Positions 37,223 to 48,365 of a stretch of 64,000 bases of DNA are shown here, in pieces. The DNA comes from Occultella glacieicola (GTDB lineage Bacteria; Actinomycetota; Actinomycetes; Actinomycetales; Beutenbergiaceae). A program made the position numbers and the translations under genes. The notes beneath the pieces were generated by a model. That model had not been told where the DNA came from and searched no databases. It was given only the letters and a program-made list of their open reading frames with translations. How positions within the stretch are numbered: the stretch's first letter is position 1; the number at the start of each line of letters is the position of its first letter. The DNA is taken from contig NZ_SMNA01000001.1 in assembly GCF_004353825.1 (NCBI RefSeq), forward strand, positions 1-64,000, in the 5' to 3' direction.

Positions 37223-37256
37223 GATGCTGGACGGCCCCGACGAGCCGTCCAGCATC
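37223..37256. promoter_or_regulatory. Perfect 13-bp inverted repeat between divergent genes (operator or hairpin)
   Basis: gatgctggacggc-N8-gccgtccagcatc. Confidence 0.55.
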
Positions 37257-37328
37257 CGTGTAGGGTCCGGGGCCGTGCCGCACACCCGGTCGCGGCAGGT
37301 CCGTCACGGCGAGGTACGAGGTCGATCG

Positions 37329-38783
37329 ATGAGTGGTGAGTCCGAGCTGACGTTCCGCGGCGGCTGGATGATGGCGTTCGTCCCGGTGGCGATCTTCCTG
37401 GCCTTCTGCGTCCTGTACTTCGTGGTGCTGGACGCGTTCGATATGACCGCGCTGGCCACCGGTGGCTTCGTCGCCCTGCTGATCGGCGCGCTCCTGGCCC
37501 GTGGCTACAGCAAGTACTGGGACGCCGTCATGGCCGGGATCGGAAGCCAGACCGCCGTCTCGATCGTCATGGTGCTGTTCATGGTCGGCATGCTCGGTCA
37601 GCTGATCAAGGACTCGAACGTCTCCGGGGGCTTCGTCTGGATCGCCGACCAGGCCGGGCTGAGCGGGGCCGCTCTGACCCTCTTCACGTTCTTGGCCTGC
37701 TGCCTGATCGCGATGGCCACGGGTTCCTCCATCGGGACGATGTTCACCGCGTTCCCGATCTTCTACCCGGCCGGTGTGCTGCTCGGCGCCGACCCGACGC
37801 TACTGGCGGGCGCGATCGTCTCCGGCGCGATCTTCGGCGACAACCTCGCCCCCATCTCCGACACCACGATCATCTCCGCGTCCACCCAGCGGTTCCGCCG
37901 CAAGGACGGGGCCGCGGACATCGGCGGCGTCGTCGCGAGCCGCGCCAGGTACGCCCTGGTGGCCGCAGGGATCAGCGCCGTTGCGTACCTGGTCTTCGGC
38001 GGCGCCGGCGCCGGCCCGGTGGACAGTGCCGACCTGGCCGAGGCGTCGGACCCGCGAGGCCTGCTCATGCTGGTCCCGATCGCCGTGCTGCTCGCGGTGG
38101 CGTTCTACACCCGGAACATCTTCCTGGCCGTGACCATCGGTCTCATCCTCGGCACGGCGACGGCGTTGCTCGCCGGGCTGCTGGAACCCTCCGGTGTGCT
38201 CGGCGTGGTCGACGGTGCCCCGACCGGCTACCTGGTGACAGGGGTGGCGGCCCTGCTGCCGACCGTGTGCCTGGTGATCTCCGTGTTCGGGATCATGGGC
38301 GTGCTGCGCGCCGCCGGCGTGCTCGACCGGATCGTCGACGCGCTCGCCCGCGGTCGCCTGGCCGGCACCCCCCGCGGCGCCGAGACCGCGATCGGCCTCG
38401 GCGTGAGCGCCACGACGGTGCTGTTCGGCGGCGTGAACTCCGCCTCGATGCTCGCCTTCGGCCCGATCGCCGACGAGATCGGTGCCCGGCAGCAGCTCTA
38501 CCCGTACCGACGCACGAACGTCCTGGACTGCTTCGCGATGGGCCTGTCCTGCGTGGTGCCGGTGTTCAGCGCGTTCCTGTTCATCGGGGCACTCCTGACC
38601 GGCGGGCACGAGCAGGCGCCCGCGCTCTCGACCGTGCAGTTGTTCGGCGCCACCCTCTACCCGCTGGTGCTCACGGTGGTGCTGATCGTGGCGGTGGCCA
38701 CCGGCTGGGGCCGGCGGTTCGAGGGGCCCGACGGCGTGGCGGTGCGCCGCCGCGAGGACGTCACCGAGCCGGTGGTGCTCTGA
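37329..38783 (+). CDS. NhaC-family transporter
   Basis: ATGSSIGT, GAIVSGAIFGDNLAPISDTTIISA signature; about 12 TM segments. Confidence 0.88.
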   Translation: MSGESELTFRGGWMMAFVPVAIFLAFCVLYFVVLDAFDMTALATGGFVALLIGALLARGYSKYWDAVMAGIGSQTAVSIVMVLFMVGMLGQLIKDSNVSGGFVWIADQAGLSGAALTLFTFLACCLIAMATGSSIGTMFTAFPIFYPAGVLLGADPTLLAGAIVSGAIFGDNLAPISDTTIISASTQRFRRKDGAADIGGVVASRARYALVAAGISAVAYLVFGGAGAGPVDSADLAEASDPRGLLMLVPIAVLLAVAFYTRNIFLAVTIGLILGTATALLAGLLEPSGVLGVVDGAPTGYLVTGVAALLPTVCLVISVFGIMGVLRAAGVLDRIVDALARGRLAGTPRGAETAIGLGVSATTVLFGGVNSASMLAFGPIADEIGARQQLYPYRRTNVLDCFAMGLSCVVPVFSAFLFIGALLTGGHEQAPALSTVQLFGATLYPLVLTVVLIVAVATGWGRRFEGPDGVAVRRREDVTEPVVL

Positions 38784-38842
38784 CGCCGAGCCCCCGAGGG
38801 CCGGAGCGGGTCGGGTCGCTGACCTGACCTACTGTTGGCCGC

Positions 38843-39286
38843 GTGGTTGCGGTCTACGTCGGCGGACTCCTCGCCCTGTTCGGTTGGTCCATGTTCCTCG
38901 ACCACAAGATCGGCTCGGCAGCGCGGGGATGGCTGGTCCGGAACTCCCGCGGCCAGGTCCTGCGCGCTCTACTGCTCACCACGGCCCTGTACGCCGTCCT
39001 TCTGGTGCTCACGTTCGCGGTCACGAACTGGGCGATCTCTCTTGCGGGCCGCGACGCGCGCCCGTTGGAGTACGTGGGGTACGTCCTCAGCCTGCTGGTG
39101 CTGATGCCCCCGTGCGCAGCGGTGATTCCGGGCCGGAGCCGGCCCTTCTTCCCGCTCCCGACGGCCCTGCGCAGGGACCGGGTGCCCGCGGCCCTGGCCG
39201 GGGCCATCGGCTGGCCGGCGTCCGCGCTCGGCACCGTGGGCTTCATCGTGCTGGCCGTCTCGCCGCTACCGCTCCTGCTGTCCTGA
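38843..39286 (+). CDS. Hypothetical membrane protein
   Basis: Four hydrophobic segments; start uncertain. Confidence 0.55.
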   Translation: MVAVYVGGLLALFGWSMFLDHKIGSAARGWLVRNSRGQVLRALLLTTALYAVLLVLTFAVTNWAISLAGRDARPLEYVGYVLSLLVLMPPCAAVIPGRSRPFFPLPTALRRDRVPAALAGAIGWPASALGTVGFIVLAVSPLPLLLS

Positions 39287-39338
39287 GGGCCATCGACGGA
39301 CCCGGTGCGCCACGCCGTCGCGGTCGTATCCTGGTGAG

Positions 39339-39569
39339 ATGGAACGGGACGGGCGCAAGAAGATCGATTGGAACGACTTCACCGCGGGGCAGAAGGTCGC
39401 CATCATCGGCGTCGGCGCAGTGGAGCTCGGCCTCCTCGTCGCCGCGCTCGTGGACCTGAAGAGACGGCCCGCGGAACTCGTTCGTGGGCCCAAGGCGGCT
39501 TGGGTCGCCGCGAGCTTCGTGAACTTCGTCGGCCCGGTCAGCTACTTCGCCTTCGGCCGAAAGCACTGA
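39339..39569 (+). CDS. PLDc_N-like small membrane protein
   Basis: ALVDLKRRPAELVRGPKAAW...VGPVSYFAFGRK. Confidence 0.75.
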   Translation: MERDGRKKIDWNDFTAGQKVAIIGVGAVELGLLVAALVDLKRRPAELVRGPKAAWVAASFVNFVGPVSYFAFGRKH

Positions 39570-39665
39570 CCATTTCGCCGTCGGGGCGATCGCGCGGAAG
39601 CGTCGGCCTGTCCACCGGTCGGCCCGGTCCGATCGACCACCGCCACGTTCCGTACGATTCCCTTC

Positions 39666-41135
39666 ATGGGTTCGGGCACTGTGGACGTCGCACTGATCGG
39701 CGCCGGCATCATGAGCGCAACGCTGGGCACGCTGATCCAGCATCTCGAGCCGGACTGGAACGTCGAGATCTTCGAGGCCCTCGATGCGCCCGCGCTGGAG
39801 AGTTCGAACGCTTGGCACAACGCCGGCACCGGGCACGCCGGGTTCTGCGAGCTGGACTACGCCACGCGGCTGCCCGGTGGCGGTCTCGACGTGTCCAAGG
39901 CGATCGCGATCGGCGAGCAGTTCCAGGTCACCCGGCAGTTCTGGTCGGCCCTGGTCGCCCGCGGAGAACTCCCGACGGCGTCCCGTTTCGTCAATCCGAC
40001 CCCTCACCTCGCGTTCGTGGCCGGTGCCGAGAACGTCGCGTTCCTGCGCCAGTGGCATGACGCTCTGAAAGAGGAGCCGCTGTTCGCGAACCTGCACTTC
40101 AGCGACGACCCGGCACGGATCGGCGAGTGGTCCCGGGCACTCGTGGACGGTAGAGGCGCCGCCGAACCGATCGCCGCCGCCTATGAGGCGTCGGGTACCG
40201 ATGTCGACTACGGCGCCCTGACCCGTGCGCTGATCGATGCCCTGGTCGCACGTGGGGCACGGCTGCACCTCCGTCACCCGGTGACCGGCCTGCGACGCGA
40301 CGGTGAGGGCTGGATGATCTCCCACCGCACCCCGACCGGCATCGCCACCACCCCCGCCCGGTTCGTCTTCGTCGGCGCCGGGGGCGGGTCGCTCCGGCTC
40401 CTCCAGAGTTCCGGGATCCCCGAGGCGAACGGCTTCGGCGGCTTCCCCGTGAGCGGGAGGTTCCTGCGGACCCGCAAGCCCGAGGTCGTCCGGACCCATC
40501 CCGTGAAGGCCTACGGCAAGGCCGACAAGGGAGTACCCGGCCTCGGGGCCCCGCACCTCGACCACCGGACCGTCGACGGCGAGGATTCCTTGCTGTTCGG
40601 TCCTTTCGCCGGGTGGGACCCCCGGTTCCTGAAGTCCGGTTCTCGCCTGGACCTGTTCCGGAGCATCCGTCCCGGGAACATCGGGCCGATGCTGTCCGTG
40701 GCGAAGGACAACTTCGACCTTCTGAAGTACCTGGTCGGGGAGATCACCGCCTCCCCGGACAAGCAGATGTCGGCGTTGCGCCGGCTGATGCCGAGCGCTG
40801 CCGACGCGGACTGGGAGATGATCGACGCCGGCAAGCGGGTCCAGGTGATCGGTCGCAACGCCACCGGGCGCGGCGTCCTGCAGTTCGGCACCGAACTCGT
40901 GGTCTCGCCGGGGAACAACCTCGCCGGTCTGCTCGGAGCCTCCCCCGGCGCCTCGACAGCGGTGCCGGTCATGATCCGGCTCCTGCAGGAGGCGTTCGGC
41001 GACCGTTTCGACGGGTGGACCGAGGCGCTGCGGGAACTGGTGCCGTCCCTCGGACGCTCGATGAACACCGGCGAGGACTGGTCGATGGAGATCCGTCGCG
41101 CCAACGCCGAGACGCTGGGCCTCGCCGGCGTGTAG
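39666..41135 (+). CDS. mqo: Malate:quinone oxidoreductase
   Basis: LIGAGIMSATLG, NAGTGH..CEL, PHLD.R, LQFGTE, LLGASPGASTA. Confidence 0.93.
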   Translation: MGSGTVDVALIGAGIMSATLGTLIQHLEPDWNVEIFEALDAPALESSNAWHNAGTGHAGFCELDYATRLPGGGLDVSKAIAIGEQFQVTRQFWSALVARGELPTASRFVNPTPHLAFVAGAENVAFLRQWHDALKEEPLFANLHFSDDPARIGEWSRALVDGRGAAEPIAAAYEASGTDVDYGALTRALIDALVARGARLHLRHPVTGLRRDGEGWMISHRTPTGIATTPARFVFVGAGGGSLRLLQSSGIPEANGFGGFPVSGRFLRTRKPEVVRTHPVKAYGKADKGVPGLGAPHLDHRTVDGEDSLLFGPFAGWDPRFLKSGSRLDLFRSIRPGNIGPMLSVAKDNFDLLKYLVGEITASPDKQMSALRRLMPSAADADWEMIDAGKRVQVIGRNATGRGVLQFGTELVVSPGNNLAGLLGASPGASTAVPVMIRLLQEAFGDRFDGWTEALRELVPSLGRSMNTGEDWSMEIRRANAETLGLAGV

Positions 41136-41190
41136 AAGAGCCTCGTGCTGGACGAGGGCCACCGGTGGCCACCCTGCCATACTCCTCGCC

Positions 41191-41724
41191 ATGACTGCGC
41201 CCGACTGGCAGGCCCGACTCGTCGCACCGAGGTTCGTGCCGTACGCCGGTGCGGACATCGCCTACGCCCGGGGCGCGCCACCCGAGCACCTCATCTCCCG
41301 CCTGCATCTGATCGGGGTCACCCCGGACGGGTCGGTGCTGGTCTGTCGGAGCATCGAGGGCTGGCGGTTCCTCCCGGGCGGCACCCGGGAACCGGGTGAG
41401 TCGGTGCGCGAACTCGCCGGCCGGGAACTGCTCGAGGAGGCCGGCGCCGTGTTCCGGACCGAGCCCGTCGTCTTCGCCGCGCACGCGGCGACCAGCCGCC
41501 TGCCCCAGCCCTACCGCCCGCACCAACCGCACCCGTACGCCTACTGGGCCTACGCCGTCGGGCAGGTCGTGGTGTCGGGACCGCCCACCAACCCGCCGGA
41601 CGGCGAGCAGATCGTGGCGGTCAGCGAACTCGATCCCGCGGCGGCAGTGACCGAACTGGAGTCCCATGACGTGCTCCACGCCGACGTCCTACGCGACGCG
41701 ATCGGCCGCGGGCTGGTGAGGTGA
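41191..41724 (+). CDS. NUDIX hydrolase
   Basis: Nudix box GGTREPGESVRELAGRELLEEAG. Confidence 0.88.
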   Translation: MTAPDWQARLVAPRFVPYAGADIAYARGAPPEHLISRLHLIGVTPDGSVLVCRSIEGWRFLPGGTREPGESVRELAGRELLEEAGAVFRTEPVVFAAHAATSRLPQPYRPHQPHPYAYWAYAVGQVVVSGPPTNPPDGEQIVAVSELDPAAAVTELESHDVLHADVLRDAIGRGLVR

Positions 41725-41756
41725 CCCGCCACGCTCCGCGGGTGGCGGAGGGCGTT

Positions 41757-42431
41757 CTATACGAAGCCCTCATCGATGAGCAGCACGCCGTCGCGGGTGA
41801 CCAGGTGCTCCTGACCGGAACCCCCGGCCACCCGGCTCGAGCTGACCACCCGGAGGCCCGCGGTGACCAGCGTGATCTCGAACCCGCCGTACATCCCCGG
41901 CACCGGGAACCCCATCCGTTGGCGCAGCATCGTGTCCTTGACCTCCGTCAGGACCGAGGTCTGCGGGAACCGTAGCCGGGTGCCGATGTGGGGCCGGATG
42001 CGGGACTCGACCAGGTCGCGAAGCCGGGTGTCGAGGGCGGTCAACTCGTCGAGGCGGCCGAGCGAGCGTTCCGTCGGCGCGAGTGACTCGAGCAGGTGCG
42101 CATGTCCGCGCCGCCGGGCGATGTCGTGGGCATTCTCGCCCGCGGCCGTGCGGAGCGTGCGCCAGGCGCCCAGGCTCAGGAGCCGTTCCACGACCGTCGT
42201 CCCCGCCCCGTGCCACGCGGCCTGGTGGAGCGGTGTGTACAACGACTCACCGCCGACGCGCCAGACGTTCACGCCGAGGTCGAGCTCATCCGACAGCCGG
42301 AAGACCGCCTCCCACTGCCCGTCCCGCGCGGCGTCGGCGAGGCGGTCGACCTTGGCGACGTAGGTGTCCTTCAGGTCGCCCCGATCGAGCACGCCCTGCC
42401 AGTTCCATACCGAGGTCACGGGCGCCATCAT
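41757..42431 (-). CDS. Ankyrin-repeat-containing protein
   Basis: LADAARDG.W; YTPLHQAAWHG..VVERLLSLGA; GENAHDIARRRGH. Confidence 0.75.
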   Translation of the reverse strand: MMAPVTSVWNWQGVLDRGDLKDTYVAKVDRLADAARDGQWEAVFRLSDELDLGVNVWRVGGESLYTPLHQAAWHGAGTTVVERLLSLGAWRTLRTAAGENAHDIARRRGHAHLLESLAPTERSLGRLDELTALDTRLRDLVESRIRPHIGTRLRFPQTSVLTEVKDTMLRQRMGFPVPGMYGGFEITLVTAGLRVVSSSRVAGGSGQEHLVTRDGVLLIDEGFV

Positions 42432-42500
42432 GGCAGACCCGCCGTGCTCGCCTTCCGCATCCAGCGCCCGTGTGCCACGGTGTCACGCGTGAGCGAACCG

Positions 42501-42779
42501 ATGTCCCCGTCCCGATCGCACGCGCCGACGATCGCCGTCATCCTCCTCGTCGTCGGCGTGGTGCTGACTGGCGTCGGGGGCTGGCAGGCGTGGCTGTGGC
42601 GATCGGCATCCTTCGGGTGGTTCGCGTACGCCCCGCTCAGCGAGGCAACCTTCCGGTCCCCGTTCACTGCGGGCCTGGGTGCCATCGCTCTCGTCGGTGC
42701 CGGCGCACTGCTCGCGGGTCTCGGAGCCGGGATCCTCGTCGGTCGGCGCACGCAGCGAGTCGGCGGGCCCCGGGGGTAG
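42501..42779 (+). CDS. Small hypothetical membrane protein
   Basis: Two TM helices flanking a FGWFAYAPLS motif; alternative GTG start at 42489. Confidence 0.6.
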   Translation: MSPSRSHAPTIAVILLVVGVVLTGVGGWQAWLWRSASFGWFAYAPLSEATFRSPFTAGLGAIALVGAGALLAGLGAGILVGRRTQRVGGPRG

Positions 42780-42855
42780 CCGCCCAGGCCGCCCTCGATG
42801 CCGACGCCCGGCGCGATTCGGCCGGTCCGACCCGTGGGCCGGGCGGGGTCCCGAA

Positions 42856-43545
42856 CTACCGCGCGAGCTCGGCGACCAGGTCGCCGGCGCGGACCGACGC
42901 CCGCCGCTCGACTGAGGAGAGGGTCACGTTCGCGGCCCGACGCCGGACCGCCTCGTCCAACTCGGCGACCGGGTCGCCACCAGCGGCGGCCAGGAACAGC
43001 CCGACGGCGTGGCGCAACTGGTCGTGCAACGCACCCACGAGGTCGGCCCCGGCGGGGTCGACCGCCACCTCGGCCATGATCAGCGCCGTCATCGCCAGAT
43101 CCAGGTCGCCCGGCCCGGTCCCGGCGTTGTTCCAGTCGATCAGGACCGGGCCGCGGCCGGGCACCATGATGACGTTGTCCGGGTGCAGGTCGAGGTGGAC
43201 GAGCCCGTGAGCGGCGACCTGCGGAGCGGGCGGCGGCGGCCGGACCGACCGCAGGGCGCGGTGCAGGTCCGCCAGCACGGTCATGGCCGGCCCGACGTCC
43301 AACTCGCCCGTGACGAGGGCGCCGAGCATGGTCGGGCCGTGCAGCCGCTCCATCACCAGGTCGGCGCCCTGGGCCGCGCGGACCGCCGGAACCGGGAAGC
43401 CCTCGCCGGTGAGGTAGCGGAGCAGTCCCCCTTCCCGTTCGGCGCTCTGGCCGTCCCGGTACCGGCGCAGCACCGTGCCGTCCCCGAGCGCGAACACGTC
43501 GGCCGTCCGGCCGCGGCCGATCAGCTCACCCGGCGGTTCGGTCAC
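42856..43545 (-). CDS. Aminoglycoside-phosphotransferase-family kinase
   Basis: GRGRTADV; HLDLHPDNV; LIDWNNA. Confidence 0.85.
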   Translation of the reverse strand: MTEPPGELIGRGRTADVFALGDGTVLRRYRDGQSAEREGGLLRYLTGEGFPVPAVRAAQGADLVMERLHGPTMLGALVTGELDVGPAMTVLADLHRALRSVRPPPPAPQVAAHGLVHLDLHPDNVIMVPGRGPVLIDWNNAGTGPGDLDLAMTALIMAEVAVDPAGADLVGALHDQLRHAVGLFLAAAGGDPVAELDEAVRRRAANVTLSSVERRASVRAGDLVAELAR

Positions 43546-43570
43546 CGTCGTGCCACCCGTCAGGCTCGAC

Positions 43571-44644
<1,074 letters not shown>

Positions 44645-44664
44645 TCAGGCGACCGGCCGGTGGC

Positions 44665-46821
44665 TCACAACATGCAGGACACGCAACCCTCGACCTCGGT
44701 GCCGGTCAGGGCGAGCTGGCGCAGCCGGATGTAGTACAGCGTCTTGATGCCCTTGCGCCAGGCGTAGATCTGCGCCTTGTTCAGGTCCCGGGTGGTGACC
44801 GTGTCCTTGAAGAACAGCGTCAGCGAGAGGCCCTGGTCCACGTGCTGGGTGGCCGCGGCGTAGGTGTCGATGATCTTCTCGTAGCCGATCTCGTAGGCGT
44901 CCTCGAAGTACTCGACGTTGTCGTTGCTCAGGTAGGGAGCCGGGTAGTAGACGCGCCCGATCTTGCCCTCCTTGCGGATCTCGATCTTCGAGGCCACGGG
45001 GTGGATCGAGGAGGTCGAGTTGTTGATGTAGGAGATGGACCCGGTGGGCGGTACCGCCTGCAGGTTCTGGTTGTAGATGCCGTGCTCGGCGACGGACGCC
45101 TTCAGGGCGGCCCAGTCCTCCTGGGTCGGGATCGCGACGCCCGCCTCGGCGAAGATCTGGCGGACCCGCTCGGTGGCCGGCTCCCAGGTCTGGGTGAGGT
45201 ACTTGTCGAAGAACTCCCCGCTGGCGTACTTCGAGTCGTCGAAGCCCTTGAACTTCGACCCCCGCTCGATGCTCAGCTTGTTCGACTCCGTCAACGCGTG
45301 GAACAGCACCGTGTAGAAGTACATGTTCGTGAAGTCGATGCCCTCGGTGGACCCGTAGAAGATCCGCTCCCGGGCGAGGTAGCCGTGCAGGTTCATCTGG
45401 CCCAGGCCGATGGCGTGCGAGTCGTTGTTGCCCTGCTCGATCGAGGGCACGGACCAGATATGGGTCTGGTCCGACACGGCGGTCAGGGCCCGGATCGCCG
45501 TGCCCACGGTGGCCCCGAAGTCCGGGGAGTCCATGGTGGCGGCGATGTTCAGGGATCCGAGGTTGCAGGAGATGTCCTTGCCCACGTGGTCGTAGGAGAG
45601 GTCCTCGTTGTACGTGGAGGCGGTGGAGACCTGCAGGATCTCCGAGCACAGGTTCGAGTGGGTGATCTTGCCCTTGATCGGGTTGGCCTTGTTCACCGTG
45701 TCCTCGAACATGATGTACGGGTAGCCCGACTCGAACTGGATCTCGGCGAGGGTCTGGAAGAACTCGCGCGCCTTGATCTTCTTCTTCTTGATACGGCCGT
45801 CGTCGACCATCTCGTGGTACTTGTCGGAGACGTTGATCTCCGCGAACGGCACCCCGTAGACGCGCTCCACGTCGTAGGGGGAGAACAGGTACATGTCCTC
45901 GTTCTTGCGGGCCAGCTCGAACGTGATGTCCGGGATCACGACGCCGAGGGAGAGGGTCTTGATACGGATCTTCTCGTCCGCGTTCTCCCGCTTGGTGTCC
46001 AGGAACCGCAGGATGTCCGGGTGGTGGGCGTGCAGGTACACGGCGCCGGCACCCTGACGGGCGCCGAGCTGGTTGGCGTAGGAGAACGAGTCCTCGAGGA
46101 GCTTCATCACCGGGATGACGCCGGAGGACTGGTTCTCGATCTTCTTGATCGGGGCGCCGTGCTCACGGATGTTGGACAGCAGCAGCGCCACGCCACCGCC
46201 GCGCTTGGACAGCTGCAGCGCGGAGTTGATCGCCCGCGCGATCGACTCCATGTTGTCCTCGATGCGCAGCAGGAAGCAGGACACGGCCTCGCCGCGCTGC
46301 TTCTTGCCGGAGTTGAGGAACGTCGGGGTGGCCGGCTGGAACCGTCCGGAGATGATCTCGTCGACCATCCGGGTGGCGAAGGCCTCGTCGCCGTCGGCGA
46401 GGGTCAGGGCCACCATCACCACGCGGTCCTCGAAGCGCTCCAGGTAGCGCTTCCCGTCGAACGTCTTCAGCGTGTACGACGTGTAGTACTTGAACGCGCC
46501 GAGGAACGTCTGGAACCGGAACTTCTGGCCGTAGGCGTGGTCGAAGACCTGCTGCAGGAACTCGAACGAGTACTTGTCCAGGACCTCCGACTCGTAGTAG
46601 CCGTTCTCGACCAGGTACTCGAGCTTCTCCTTGAGGTTGTGGAAGAAGACCGTGTTCTGGTTGACGTGCTGCAGGAAGTACTCCCGTGCCGCCTCCCGGT
46701 CCTTCTCGAACTGGATCTTGCCGTCCGGTCCGTACAGGTTGAGCATGGCGTTGAGCGCGTGATAGTCCATCGCCGGCTCGGTGGTCGTGATCTCTGTGTC
46801 TGTTGTCAGCGTTGCAGCCAA
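44665..46821 (-). CDS. nrdE: Class Ib ribonucleotide reductase alpha subunit
   Basis: [44 protein letters not shown]-terminal CVSCML; likely TTG start overlapping nrdI. Confidence 0.97.
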   Translation of the reverse strand: MAATLTTDTEITTTEPAMDYHALNAMLNLYGPDGKIQFEKDREAAREYFLQHVNQNTVFFHNLKEKLEYLVENGYYESEVLDKYSFEFLQQVFDHAYGQKFRFQTFLGAFKYYTSYTLKTFDGKRYLERFEDRVVMVALTLADGDEAFATRMVDEIISGRFQPATPTFLNSGKKQRGEAVSCFLLRIEDNMESIARAINSALQLSKRGGGVALLLSNIREHGAPIKKIENQSSGVIPVMKLLEDSFSYANQLGARQGAGAVYLHAHHPDILRFLDTKRENADEKIRIKTLSLGVVIPDITFELARKNEDMYLFSPYDVERVYGVPFAEINVSDKYHEMVDDGRIKKKKIKAREFFQTLAEIQFESGYPYIMFEDTVNKANPIKGKITHSNLCSEILQVSTASTYNEDLSYDHVGKDISCNLGSLNIAATMDSPDFGATVGTAIRALTAVSDQTHIWSVPSIEQGNNDSHAIGLGQMNLHGYLARERIFYGSTEGIDFTNMYFYTVLFHALTESNKLSIERGSKFKGFDDSKYASGEFFDKYLTQTWEPATERVRQIFAEAGVAIPTQEDWAALKASVAEHGIYNQNLQAVPPTGSISYINNSTSSIHPVASKIEIRKEGKIGRVYYPAPYLSNDNVEYFEDAYEIGYEKIIDTYAAATQHVDQGLSLTLFFKDTVTTRDLNKAQIYAWRKGIKTLYYIRLRQLALTGTEVEGCVSCML

Positions 46822-47216
46822 AACTGTCCCAATCCCTCGCGGACGCGATGAACGTCCTCTGCGGTTCCCAGTAGTTCGAAGTTGTAGAGGTGGGGCACCT
46901 GGCACTTGCGCGCCACGATGTCCCCGGCGATGCAGTAGGCGGAGCCGAAGTTCGTGTTGCCCGCGGCCACCACGCCACGGATCAGCGACCGGTTCGCCTC
47001 GTCGTTCAGGAAGCGGATCACCTGCTTCGGCACCGCGCCCCTGCCGTTCCCGCCGCCGTAGGTCGGCACGAAGAGCACGTACGGGGTCGTCACCGTGAGC
47101 GCCGGATCCTTCGGCCGGAGCGGGATCCGCTGGGCCGGCAGCTCGAGCCGGTCCACGAAACGGCGCGTGTTCTCCGAGACGGAGGAGAAGTACACGATGC
47201 CAGTCACGTTGATCAC
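46806..47216 (-). CDS. nrdI: Class Ib RNR flavodoxin NrdI
   Basis: [35 protein letters not shown]. Confidence 0.96.
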   Translation of the reverse strand: MINVTGIVYFSSVSENTRRFVDRLELPAQRIPLRPKDPALTVTTPYVLFVPTYGGGNGRGAVPKQVIRFLNDEANRSLIRGVVAAGNTNFGSAYCIAGDIVARKCQVPHLYNFELLGTAEDVHRVREGLGQFWLQR

Positions 47217-47297
47217 GCCTTCATTGCTCAGACGGTAGAACGAATGGCCGACGGCGGGACTTCAGCGGTCCCGTCGCCGGCGGTTGGGCGGTACTGC

Positions 47298-47567
47298 TCA
47301 GGCGATCGCGGCGGCGCCCGATCGGTCGGCCGCCTGCGCGGCCACGGCCGCGAGCGCCTTGATCTTGTCCGGGCGGAAGCCCGACCAGTGGTCGCCACCG
47401 GCGAACACCACGGGCGCCTGCTGGTAACCGAGCGCCTTCACCGACTCCAGGGCCTCCGCGTCCTCGGTGATGTCCACCACCGTGTACTCGAGACCCTGCT
47501 TGGTCAGGGCTCGGTACGTCGCGTCGCACTGCACGCAGGCCGGCTTGCTGAAGACGGTGATGGTCAT
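47298..47567 (-). CDS. nrdH: Glutaredoxin-like NrdH
   Basis: KPACVQC, QAPVV, HWSGFRPDKI. Confidence 0.96.
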   Translation of the reverse strand: MTITVFSKPACVQCDATYRALTKQGLEYTVVDITEDAEALESVKALGYQQAPVVFAGGDHWSGFRPDKIKALAAVAAQAADRSGAAAIA

Positions 47568-47674
47568 GGCGGGGATCCCTTCGGTCTGGTGTCGGTGGTG
47601 CGTCCCCCTGGACTACCGCCGTGTAACTACCTTCATGTCATTCGAGGGGCGAACTACCGGTGCCCGTTCCAGAG

Positions 47675-47722
47675 ACACTACACCTAGTGGTGCCGATCCG
47701 CGCGAACCCCTAGGGATTGTGT
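47675..47722. promoter_or_regulatory. Tandem NrdR boxes
   Basis: acactacacctagtgg (47675-47690) and cccctagggattgtgt (47707-47722) resemble acaCwAtATaTwGtg, 32 bp apart, upstream of nrdH. Confidence 0.8.
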
Positions 47723-47745
47723 CGGCGCGTCGTGTCGCGGGCGTG

Positions 47746-47934
47746 TCTTCCACAGCCGGCGGCGTGTCGTTGTGGACTTCCTTGCCCGTTCTGTGTACGA
47801 CCTGTGGGTCGGGCTGTGGGTAACCTGCGGGCGGCGCCGGAGGCGCCGGGTTGTCCACATCCCGGGTGGGCGCGAGGGCTGATCGGCCGGGTCCGAATCC
47901 ACCGGCCCGTGCACCGTCCGTCCACGGATCCACA
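47746..47934. promoter_or_regulatory. Cluster of DnaA-box-like 9-mers
   Basis: Perfect ttgtccaca 47851; tgtgggtaa 47815; tcttccaca 47746; tgtggactt 47771; tgtgtacga 47792; tgtgggtcg 47803; ggatccaca 47926. Confidence 0.6.
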
Positions 47935-47992
47935 ACCGCGGACCGACCTCGGGAGCACCGTCTGGTCACGACACCAGTCTCGCCCCGACCCC

Positions 47993-48365
47993 TGACATTG
48001 TCCGTCAAGGCGCGCGGGCGGGGGTGTGCGTCAGGTGTGTGGTGGTGCCATCAGATGACGCACTCCTCCTCGCTCGCCCCAGGACCGCGACACCGTAACG
48101 GTGCGACAACGACGCGCCCGACACGTCGCGATCACACCACAAGGGACCCGAACGGGCGGGCACCGGCCGAGGGTGAAGCGGAGTGTGGCGCTGCGAGCAC
48201 GCACCACACCCCCTTATCGGGCCGAACGCACCCAGCGTCCACAACAGGCACGTGCTCGCTCCAGCCACCCCGTGCCTCCACAGCCCGCTCCCCCCAGAAC
48301 CTCCCGACCTGCGCGCCGACCGGATCTGATCGTGTACAGCACGCCGGAGACACTCGCTGACCCGC
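47993..48365. other. Multi-hairpin non-coding element (candidate structured RNA or non-autonomous mobile element)
   Basis: Several consecutive stems and no credible ORF; see findings. Confidence 0.45.

Noticed and set aside
47746..47934. Chromosomal replication origin
   Set aside because: No adjacent dnaA/dnaN and no AT-rich unwinding element; kept only as a DnaA-box cluster
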